Shown piece after piece: positions 11,701 through 22,958 of a stretch of DNA of 64,000 nucleotides. The notes beneath the pieces were generated by a model. It saw nothing but the letters and a program-made list of their open reading frames with translations. It had not been told where the DNA came from and did not search any database. Position 1 is the stretch's first letter. Every line of letters begins with the position of its first letter. The translations under genes were made by a program, and so were the position numbers. The stretch is from Azolla caroliniana (Eukaryota > Plantae > Polypodiophyta): assembly GCA_043228905.1 (NCBI GenBank), contig JBHGNT010000004.1, positions 12,586,001 to 12,650,000 on the forward strand. The letters are read 5' to 3'.

Positions 11701-14700
11701 GTGTGATCATTGCCATTTTGTTCTCCGGGTTCATTTCCTTGGCGATGTGAACCGGTCTTACATCCTCTGTGGTACCTAGGTTTACCTCTTCTAGTTGGGA
11801 TGCTTTTACGTGTTGCGACACTGCCATCTCTCTTTCCAGTGTCTCCTGTGCTTGCCGTAATTCCTGGATCACTTCTTTATCCGGTTCCTCGTCGGTCCCG
11901 TCCGGTTGCAGTATGTACGGTGATACTGCTTCAACTACATCAATTTCAAATAGAGGTACGATCTTTGGATTTTCCTGTAAGTATTGATCGACCTCTTCAT
12001 CTGCCAATCCTTCAGCATGTTGACGCATTCCGCATATAGCGGCATCAATTCCTTGCCGGTACCAGACCGTGGTTGAGTCGGTACTCGCACTTTCGCTTTT
12101 CCACGCCGGAACGTAATTATATTCTTCCTCCAGTTTTGCTTGATGTGTGTTGTTTTTAACCAAGGGCGTCCCAACAATAGTGGGTAAGCTCCTTGAGCCT
12201 GTAGTTGGAGGACTACTGCCGAAATGCAAAATGTGTGACCCCCGATGGTCACTTCCAGATCACGTATTAATCCGGTCGGCCATACTGAGCTTGTGTCCGC
12301 CATCTGAAGCCAAAACAGGCATGGTTCCCAGTCGTGGATTCCTAGAGTGTTACATGTTCGGAGGCTGATCACGTTCACGTCGGATCCTCCATCGATAATC
12401 GTGTCGGGTACCTCATTTCCTTTCACGATGGCTGTGATTGCCGGATTGCTCGTGTCTACTACCATTGGTCCTTCCTCCGGATTTGAAAAGAATGCCGGAG
12501 CTGGTGGTGTGTTGGTTGCCGTCCTTCCTGTCTTCAGTCCTTCCGTGAAGCGTGGTACCAGTTGCAATAGCCGGCCTAACGGCAACGTTATTTGGCATTC
12601 TTGTAACGCCTGCCATGTTGGGTTTTTGGGCTGCCTTATGCCGGTGAGCTCTTCGGCATTCTCCTTTTGTTGTTCGAGCTCTGCCACATTCCGCTCGTTT
12701 GCATTCTTCACCCATTCGGTTGCCTGCTTCCAGATGGCTTCCTGAGTTTCCCACTCCGTGGCTTTTCCTTTTAATCTTGTAGTAACTTGTTGTAAGTCCG
12801 CTCCATCCGCGACTACCATGTTCACCGCTGGTAGCTTGTCGTAGCTCTTCACCCGACATTGGTTACTATAGTGGCCTTCCTACCGGCAATAGTAGCAGTA
12901 CGCCTTCTGGGTGTTGCTGGATTCGGTGTTTGTGCCCGCACCCAGTTGAGGTCCTGTGGTAACCGCTTCGTTTTGGTCCGGTTGGCTGCTTGGAGCGCCC
13001 TTTTCTGGTTCCCGTGGATGACCCCCCTTTTTGTTGAAATGTCGTTTCCTGTTGAAATTCTTTTTGTGTCGGTAGGCATGACAGGGTTGGTCGTCATACT
13101 TGCCATAGTCGTCCCGTCGTTGGTTATAACCAGGGGAGTGATCCCGGTTGTTTCTCTCATACCGTCCATTATAGTCCCGTTATCTTTCCTGTCTGTCATC
13201 CCGGTCATAAGTGTCCCATCGATCCCTGTACCGGACATCTTGTGCCGTCCGGTAGCGCTCCTCTCGCCGCCAACGTTCTTCTTCTTCCTCCCGGTTGCTT
13301 CGTGGTTCAATTTGTCGGATCGGTGGTGCTTGCCTATTTAACCAGTTATACTCACACCGTTCCATTGTGTGGCTTCTGGAGTGGTAGAGCAAGCATTGGG
13401 AACGCATGATGCATTCCAACAACGAATGTTCGGCATTCAGGCATGTCGTACATTGAATTGCTTGCCGGAAGCGTAGGTCCTCATCTGTCGGTAGTGCACG
13501 CTAAAGTGCGCCCATGGTTAGCGATGAACTTGATTTTTCCATTTCCCGAACTTGGTTGATTACTTGATCTATGCTGCTGGTGCGGAAATCAATGACAGTG
13601 CACACTATTCGTAAGGGCTCCCGGAATGCTACTAAGAACATGGCATTTGTTTCTTCCTCTGGTGGTGTTCGGCTAAGCTAATTGTGGATCTGCTAGAACC
13701 GGATGACAAACTGTTGGATGTTCTCCATTGGTTCTTGCCGGATCATGTAAAATAGGCCTACCATTTCCCATTGGTCCATCTCCTTGTGAAAGAAATGCAA
13801 GAATTTGGTCTTTAATGTTTCAAATGTGGGGATGGTGCTGGGATCTTGTGTTCGGTGCCATCTGGCGACCGGTCCCTCTAGGGTCATGCCGAACTCTGCC
13901 CTTTTTGAGCGTTCCTCTTCGGCTGCATTCAAGCGTTGGGACATATGGTTTGCCTCCCAGGTCTACTGAAACACATGGACGTGGGCTTCCGCGTCCGGAT
14001 CATCCCTATTACTGGGATATTGGAACAACATATCGTCGTCTGGTGTCGGTACATGAGTGGGTGGTGTCGGGGGTCTTTCCTCCTCCTTCGTCGGCGTTAG
14101 AGGTCTTTCCTGCTCCTCTTTTGGTGTTGGAGGCCTCTCCTCCTCAACTTCCTGTGTCAGAGCTCTCTCTTCCTCGACTTCTGGTTCTGGAGTGTGCTCT
14201 ACTTCCGGTGCCGGAGGTTCCAGCGTTGTCAATTCTGGTTTCGGTGTTGGCAAGGTATCCGACTTCTCGTCCTCCGGTCCGTCTGGGGTGTCGTTACTAC
14301 TGCAGTAGTTCGTCTGCGCGTTGTATTCTCCTTCCGAACCCGATTCAAAAGCCGAAAATGCTTCGTATTAGCCTTCACCCGCTGCCAATGCCTGGAGAAG
14401 GGATTCCGCTTCCCGGAGGCTGCTTAGGCTGCTCCCTTCGTCCGGGTAGTCATTTTGTTGTAAACGAAGTGACTCCTTGGCCATTCTCCGGATCACCTTG
14501 GAAAATGAGCGATGGGGATTCTAGAGCCATCAAACGCTCCGTACTGGAATCAATGGTTTACGGTTCCGAAGAAGAATGGGTCACTCCAGTTTATTCCAGA
14601 TTTGCAACCGGTGAACAAGCTCACAATCCGGAACTCCGTAGTCGGTCCAATAGTAGACCAATTTGCGGAAGCGTTTGCCGGTCGCGTGATATACTCCATC

Positions 14701-14936
14701 AGAAACCTATACTCCGGGTATGACCAATTCCAACTAGCCGTGGAGAGCCAAGACATCACTACCATGTGGACACTGATAGGATTAGTCCAGATGTGCATGC
14801 TACCACAAGCCGCGACGAACTCGGTCGCACATATGATGAATGCGATGAACAAGGTGCTCTGGGACTACATTCTGGAGATAACGATTCCATTTCTAGATGA
14901 CATTCCGATAGAAGGATGTGCGGTGGAAGGAAAAGG

Positions 14937-15046
14937 TGTTGACTGACAAGCTCAACATTGGGTGCGTAACACGGTGCGTAGACTAGGTGCGTAAAACAGT
15001 ACGCATAACGTGGCCGTATCGGTGCGTAAATAGAACTGAGTTGTCT

Positions 15047-15088
<42 letters not shown>

Positions 15089-18000
15089 TTCATCTCCATA
15101 TCTACGTTTTCTGTGTTTTTTACCAAACGGTCATTCTCCGAACTATGTACTCTGTGTTTCGCATACGCTTCCACACACGTATTCTTTTACATGGTATAAG
15201 AGCGCGAGGGTTGAAGTCCCCTACAGCCGACATAAAAGCTTGCGACAGAGACATAGTTGAGTTGGCATTCTTGTCTTTAGGAAAAGATAAGATAGCAACA
15301 TGGATAGAGGAAGCTCTCTACCAACTGAGAAGCTCAACAGGAGCAACTACGCATCTTGGTTGTACAAGATGCACTAGTACCTGCTTGGTCATGGCTATTG
15401 GAGTTATGTTGAAGGAGATAATGATACAACACCCGAATTGACACACAAGATGCATAGAATGTGAGTCTCGGTGGAACACGTGGGTATGCACGATCGCGAA
15501 GAAGAGTGAAGTCTTCGCATGTTTCCTGAAGGTGAAGGGCCTTGCGGAAAGGGAAACAGGGCGTAAGATCAAATGCCTACGGTCTGATGGGGGGAAGGAG
15601 TACTTCTTCGACCAGTTCACAAGTTATCTACAGAAGCAGGTAATCCGACGCGAATTCTCGTGTAGATACACGCCGCAACAGAATGGTGTGGCCGAGCGGA
15701 AGAATTAGACAATCGAAGAAGCCGTCAGGGCAATGTTTGCAGAGAAGCATATGCCGAAATTCTATAGGCTTGAAGCCGTGAGGACGGATGTCTACCTACA
15801 GAATCAGACTTCTACTAATGGAGGAGTGTCACCATATGAATTGTATTTCGGGAAGAAGTCGAACTTGGCACACTTGAGGATTTTCGGTAGCATTGCATAT
15901 GTGCATGTGCCGAAGGAAAAGAGGAGGAAGCGAGACGCCAAAACCGAAAAGTGCATCTTAGTCAGCTATCCAGACGAGTAGAAGGGGTATAAGTGTTATC
16001 ACCCTCGAACAAAGGAAGTGCATGTAAGTCGAGATGTCGTGTTCGACGAGTCTGCTTCCTGGTACTGGCCTTCCCCTCCAGTACCTCATGAATCCATTCC
16101 GAATTCTGAAGAAAAAGTCAGCAAGGTTGAGATGCCTCCGCATGACGAGGACATAGGAGCTCTGAGAGAGAGTCCGATCTCATTTCGCCTGAGTGGGCCA
16201 AATGAGGGGTTGTGCCAAAATGGCCAACTAAATGAAGAGACGGCGAGTAGTGAAGACTCAGTCGTGATGTCACCGCATAAAGAACTGAGGAGACGATTTA
16301 CGCACAAGGAGAAAGGGAAGAAAAAGATGTTGGAGTACGACTTCGACAATGCCGAGTCAGATCGGAGCGAGTGTGACTACGAGCAAACTGAAAAGGAACC
16401 TCCACGAAAGAGGTCAACATTAGCTGAAAAGGTTGTGAAATCAGGTGATCAGAAATTATGTTGATCTACCCCCCTCAAGAACCCCGTAAAGAGATACGGG
16501 TATAATGACTACATGGCGCACCATTATGCGTACATGACACGAGTGGTGGAAGTGTGTGAGCCTGAGAGCTACGCAGAAGCGATGGAAGACGCAAACTGGC
16601 GTGCCGGAATGGAGGAAGAGATGTGCGCTTTGACTGATGATGAGACTTGGGACCTGGTTGACGCACTGAAGGGTGTAAAGCCGATCGGATGTAGGTGGGT
16701 GTATAAAGTGAAATACACTACCGACGGCTCAATCAATCAATACAAGGCCCATTTAGTTGCGAAAGGCTACGCGCAGAAGCACGACGTAGATTATGACGAG
16801 ACCTTCGCGCCAGTTGCGAAGATGACTACCTTGCGTGTTTTGCTCGCCATAGTTGCAGCAAAGTGGTGGCACTTACATCAGCTGGATGTAAAGAACACGT
16901 TCCTACAACGTGATCTTGAGGAACATGTGTACATGGTATAGCCCCCCGGATTTCTATCCGAATGAAACACTTCGGCAATTTGCCGACTGAAGAAGTCACT
17001 CTACGGACTTAAGCAAGCCCCGCGACCTGCAACGTGAAGATTATGCAACAATTGCGTAGGATGGGGTTTACGACGTCGAAATCGGACACTTCAATATTTG
17101 TTTGGCAAGGTCAATATGGACCGGTTAGCCTTCTACTATATGTTGATGATTTATTCATCACCGGTGCCGATTTGGACGAAATCCGACGTGTAAAGTCTCA
17201 GCGTGCGGCATCATTCGAAATGAAGGATCTTGGAGACCTTCATTACTTCCTCGGGATCGAAGTGATCCGCACCCCCGAAGGCATATTGATCAGCCAACGT
17301 CATTACGCACTGAATATGCTCTTCAAGTTTGGGATGGCCAATTGTAAGCCCATCTCGACCCCTCTGGATAGAAACGCAAAGCTTCGCCGAGATTCGGGAA
17401 AGGCATGTGACCCAACACGGTTTCAACAGATTGTCGGAAGCCTGATATATTTGACGATCACCAGGTTGAACCTCAACTACCTGGTCAGACTGATCTGTAA
17501 GTTTATGTCGCAGACTATGGCCGAACACTTTCAGTGCGCGCAAAGGATATTGTGATATGTCAACGGCACGAAAGACATGGTGTTGCTGTATCGAGCAGGC
17601 GTAGTCGAACAGATGGTTGGCTACATGGATGCCGATTGGGCCGGAAACACCAGTGATCGTAGATCCACATCTAGATATGCCTTCTCATTAGGAAGTGCGG
17701 CGATCGCATGGAGCAGTAAGAAGCAGCCAACTGTAGCATTGTCGAACACGGAGGCCGAATATCGAGGGGCGACTGTCGCTACGTGCGAAGTCATTTGGCT
17801 GAAACAACTATTACGGGATTTGCATGTGGAGGTGTCCAATCCGACGATGATCTATTCCGACAACCTTAGCATTATCCACCTTGCGAAAAACACTGTATTC
17901 CACGCCCGAACCAAGCACATTGAGGTGCATTACCATTTTGTCCGCGAGCAGGTCCTTTCCGGTGAAGTCGAACTAGTGTATGTTCCGACGGATCGACAAG

Positions 18001-19055
18001 TTGCCGACATTTTCACCAAGCCTCTTGGTCTCTACAAGTTGTGGCATTTCTCGGGTGAGCTTGGGTTGCGTCACCTCGACATGCCGAACTTGAGGGGGAG
18101 ACAGGAAGAAGAGAGTGAAAGGAGCGGACGTGATCATCACGGCGGATGTGACCGTGATGTGGAGTCGGATGAAGAATTCGATTTCGGGCTGGCTAAAGAA
18201 GCCGATGAAGGGAGCAACAACCATAATCGTAGGGAACGGCCGAGGACAGCCGAATCAGGGGGACGTAAGGCCAAGACGAAGACGTGGTTTGACATTGTCA
18301 AAGGCCTAAAGACTGAAGACGAATTGGAGACAACCAATTCGGATGTAAGTGGAATTGAATCGGAAGAGACTGATTCAATAGAAATATTCGATTCAGATAT
18401 TACGAATCGATTGAGGGCCAAGCAGAGGAAAGGGCAGCAGAAGAGGCGCGAACACCTCAACAACACGGGAGATGAGAAGGGCCAAATGAGCATACTAGCC
18501 GACTAGAAGGGTGTCAAGGAGCACGGAATCAAACATGTCGAGGAACGTGAGCAAGGCGTGAAACCAGGAAAAGCCAAATTGAAGATCCAGAGGAGCATGT
18601 GGAACTTCAAGTTGATCTTGAGGGGGAGTGTTGAGTGACAAGCTCAAAATTGGGTGCGTAACACGGTGCGTAACCCAGTGCATAGACTGGGTGCGTAAAA
18701 CAGTACTCATAACGTGGCCGTATTCTTGCGTAAACTGAAAGGCCATTAGTATGGTATTCCTCGTAAAGAATAATTTTGGGAGTTAGTGTAGTAGGCTCAT
18801 TTATGAGCAGTCAAGTACTGTCAGTATTTGTGTCAGCCCGATAGTCAAGGCTTGTATAAAAGCTGCTCACTGAGCACGAAATATGTACAGAGGGTCATTA
18901 TTTTGAAATAGAACTGAGTTTTTTGCTCTCTCTCTCTGTCTGTCTCTCCATCTTCATCTCCATCTTTGTGTTTTCTGTGTTTTCTACCAAATGGTCATTC
19001 TCCGAACTGTGTACTCTATGTTTCGCATACGCTTTCGCACACGTATTCTTTTACA
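14937..19055 (+). mobile_element. Ty1/Copia element C with both LTRs, gag/PR largely deleted; TSD AAAGG/AAAGA
   Basis: 5' LTR 14937-15191 (internally deleted); PBS tggtataagagc 15192-15203 (tRNA-iMet type); INT RSDGGKEY and TPQQNGVAER; RT LLYVDDL; RH DADWAG..HARTKHIEV; PPT 18620-18628; 3' LTR 18629-19055. Host RT frame resumes after the TSD. Confidence 0.93.
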
Positions 19056-19476
19056 AAAGATGAGACTATGGATGATCGGGGATGCCGAAAGTTCGTAGTC
19101 GAGCATATTCGCAATTGCAAGAAAGTGTTACGGAAGTTAGAAGATGTGCACTTAACACTCTCTGGAGAGAAATTGGCATTCGGGCAAGAAGAGATATTGG
19201 TAGTCGGACATCTATTTGGGCCCTACGGCCGAAGACTGTCACCAACCAATATTGATGGGATTCAAGCTACGAAAGAAATATGCGAGTCACAATCCGAAGT
19301 CCGTAGGGTTCTTGGGGCATGTGCATTTTATCACATATGGATTCCACACTATGCACACATTGCGGACCCGCTCTATCACTTGTTGCGGAAGGGAAAGAAG
19401 TTCGAATGGAAACCAGAACATACCAAAGCCGTGAAGAAGCTCAAGAAATCACTGCGGAGGGCAGAAGCACTAAAGA

Positions 19477-19567
19477 AGCCTTATATTGTATTCTTCTTTC
19501 TCCTAGTCCAAAACCTCAGTGGTTCCCACCCGACTCACGCAATGATCTGGAGCCGAAAGGAACGACA
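19477..19567 (+). repeat. 3'-terminal remnant of an LTR of the 3464-4329 family
   Basis: Near-identical to 4239-4329 and ends ACGACA. Joined to host pol at an AGCC microhomology; the host RNase H is missing at this point. Confidence 0.88.
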
Positions 19568-22500
19568 ACGTAATCCGCGAATTCCGGGAAGAAGAATACG
19601 AGGGAGAAAGCTTGTTTATCGGGAAAGTGCTACAAGAAATCGAAGAGTCATCAGACAATAAAGAAAAGAGAGCCGAGATCCGAAGTAGGAAGCGGCAAGT
19701 CTAGAAGTTTTTCTTCAACAACGTATTAATCTAGAGGGAGCCGAAAAGACCAGATGGAATACCACTATGGGTAATTGGAACAAAAGAGCAACGAAACCGG
19801 ATAATGTCCGAATTTCACGAATCCGATTGGTCTGGACATCGGGGAATATAGGCAACATTTGTAAACATCAAACAAAAATATTGGTGGAAGAATATGTACA
19901 AAGATGTAGCGGAGTTCACGGAAAGTTGCGAGAAATGTCAAATCTACTCCGAAGTTCGACACCGAGATGAATTACATCCGACATTCTCACCGACAATCAA
20001 CTTCAAATGGATGGTCAATATTGTGGCCATGCCAACCGGGATTGGAGAAAAGAAGTACTTAGTGTTAGCCCGGGAATATCTGACAAACCAAGTAGAAGGA
20101 CATGCACTACAGAGGAAAACATGTTCCACAGTATGCCAATTTCTCTTGGAAGAAGTGTTCAGCAGGTACAGGTGCATAGGTCAAGTGATTGCGGATCGGG
20201 GAGAACTTGACTCTGATAAGGTTAGGGATTTCTTCGTCAGACATGGAGTACGGTTAACACTAACCACGGCATACAATCCGGAAGCCAACGGGAAGATCGA
20301 ACAAGGACATAGTCCAATCATTAAAGCACTTGCAAAATCATGCGACGGAAGGGTGAAATATTGGTCGTAGATGTTTCAAGTTTTGGGTTGAGGCGCTAAC
20401 GACGGCGACTTATGTGATAAACAATTCACCCTCAGTACCCTTGGACGAAGACACACCACAGAAAGTATGGACCGGTAAAGATGTATCTTACCGGCATCTA
20501 AAGGTATTCGGGTGTCTCGCATATGTGCATGTGGTGAAGGACAAGAGAGCTAAGTTGGATCCAAAGTCCCAGCCATGCATATTCCTTGGATACGGCGATG
20601 ATGAGTTTGGTTACCGGGTGTGGGATCTGGTCGACAAGAAGGTGTCCCAGAGTCGGGACATAGTCTTCATGGAAGACAAGACCATTGCCGACTAGGAGTT
20701 GGAGAAGAAGAAAATGGACTCCAGATCAACCGACAAAAACCGGCTTGATAACGCAATCACTTGCCCGGTTGAAAACTGGAGGGTAGCTAGAAACCAGATA
20801 ACACTCGAGGAACCCGCCGGATTCGGACAAGGAACCGAACTAACCGAAGAAGAAGAAGAAGACATTGGAACCGGTGAAGACCCCGAATCGGACTCGGATG
20901 AAGAACAAACGCAAGAACCGGTTGCCGAAAGCCAAGGATGAAGATACCCTCTGAGAGAGAGGAGAGCCCCCCGGAGATTTCCAGATGCAGAGCATGTGTT
21001 GCTAACCGATGAGGGGGAGCCGGAAAACTTTGAAGAAGCAAAGACACCATTGCCGCAAGTAGCTAAGTGTCGTGCAAGATGAGATGTATTCCCTGCATGA
21101 GAACCACACATATGAACTAACGGAGTGCCGAAAGGGAAAAGAGCACTTCGGGACAAGTGGGTGTACAAGCTGAAACCGGGAGACACCGGAAATCCACCAA
21201 GGTACAAAGCCCGGATCGTGGTGAAGGGCTTCCAGCAGAAGAAAGGAGTGGACTTCGATGAGATCTTTGCCCCGATAGTAAAGATGACTTCCATCCGGAC
21301 GGTGCTGAGCATAGCGGCAAGCATGAACCTCGAGGTAGAGCAACTAGACGTCAAGACGGCATTCCTCCATGGTGACCTCGAAGAGGAGATCTACATGCAG
21401 CAACTGAAAGGATTCGTGAAGAAAGGGAAGGAGCACCTGGTTGCGGACTGAAACAAGCTCCCCGACAATGGTACCAGAAGTTCGACTCCTTCATGACGGA
21501 TCAAGGATACTACAAGACGCAAGCCAATCACTGCGTCTTTGTGAAGAAATTTGATGGAGGAGATTCCCTGATATTACTCCTATACGTGGATGATATGTTG
21601 GTAGTCGGACAAGACCAAGTCAAGATACAGATGCTAAAGAAGGTCATGAACTAGACCTTCTCAATGAAAGACTTGGGTCCAGAAGACAGATATTGGGGAT
21701 GCACATCATCCGGGACCGGTCGAAGAAGCTATTGTGGTTGTCATAGGAGAAGTACGTGACAGAGGTGCTTCAACGGTTCAACATGTCGGATGTGAAGCCG
21801 GTCGGATCGACACTTCCGGCAAACTGTAAGCTGTCCGGAAGACAAAGCCTAAAGGACAAAGGTGGAGAAGACAGATATGATGAAGATTCCATATGCCTCT
21901 ACCGTCGGAAGCTTGATGTACGAGATGGTATGTACCCGACTGGATATCGGATATGTAGTCGGAGTGGTAAGCTGGTTCATGAGCAATCCTAGAAGAGACC
22001 ATTGGAATGCGGTCAAGTGGATACTTCGGTACTTGAAAGGCACCACGAGTATGTGCCTCTGGTTCGACTCCGGTAATCCCCAACTTGACGGATTCACGGA
22101 TTCAGATATGTCGGCTGATGCGGATACCAGCCGGTCTACATCCAGATATGTCATGACTTATCCTAGGGGAGTTGTTTCGTGGCAGTTGAGGCTACAAAAG
22201 ACGGTTGCGTTGTCAACCACGGAGGCGGCGGAGTACATGGCAGCTGTAGAAGCCGGCAAGGAGATAATCTAGATGAAGGACTTCATCAAAGAGCTAGGAA
22301 TCCAACAAGAGGAATATCGCCTCTACTGCGACACTCAAAGTGTCATCCACCTTGCAAAGAGCGCGGCCTACCATTCCCGGACAAAACATATCCAACGGAG
22401 GTACCACTGGATCCCAGAAAGAGTATTGGCAAAGATCCACACGGAGGAGAACGGGTCGGATATGTTGACCAAGGTATTGGCAACCGACAAGCTGGACGCG

Positions 22501-22958
22501 TGCCAAAAGCAAATCGGGCTGACAAGACATTCCACGCCGGAGTGAAGGGGGAGTTTGTTGGGAAATCGGTCCCTCCAGATGGGATCTGGTTATGAACGAA
22601 GAAGACCCGGTGAGAACCAGAAGAGATCCGGAAACCGGATCGTTGGACCCATTGAGAACCGGAATTGAAGACATACTTGTAAATATGTTTTCTTGAGTAA
22701 GCCTGTTGAGGCTATATTTGTAAATAGCCCTAAGTTCATATAAGTATAAATATGACTTAGGTCAATCACTTTAAATATAGAGAGAATGATATACAAAAGT
22801 TGTAAAGAGAGAGCGACAGAGATAGAGAGAGTGAGTGATACTCTGTTGTAACCGCCGGTTGGTGAAGATACAGAGCCCGAGGTCATTGCCTCCAAGGCTC
22901 TAATTGTACCTTTCTCCTATATAGTGATAGTTCGGAGTTTGTGGGCTCCCGTGGTTTT

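Larger units (their letters stand above)
5975..14500 (-). mobile_element. Athila-like non-chromovirus Ty3/Gypsy element: gag-PR-RT-RH-INT, long extra 3' ORF and 3' LTR; 5' LTR lost
   Basis: Gag from ~14484 with CCHC (CYYCR*EGHYSNQC ~12900); PR IIDGGSDVN; RT WLSPIVVVPKKNG...FLDDF; RH DASDIAIG..EREAL; INT WGLDFVGP..YYPQANG; GPY motif at ~9120. Confidence 0.9.
2481..20370 (+). mobile_element. Degenerate atypical (fungal-style, possibly Ylt1-like) Gypsy element A, split by nested insertions; own pieces at 2481-2903, 3329-3463, 4330-5974, ~14501-14936, 19056-19480, 19568-20370
   Basis: The pieces join in order: gag, protease (ALIDHESEINLMS), RT (WFTVPKKNGSL, LYSGYDQFQL, LPQAATNSV, PFLDDIP), connection, integrase (AYNPEANGKIE). 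Colinear with the minus-strand copy at 58225-64000. Confidence 0.88.

Noticed and set aside
13728-14723. 331-aa plus-strand ORF
   Set aside because: It is antisense to the Athila-like gag and runs across a deletion junction into an off-frame RT; no coherent protein.
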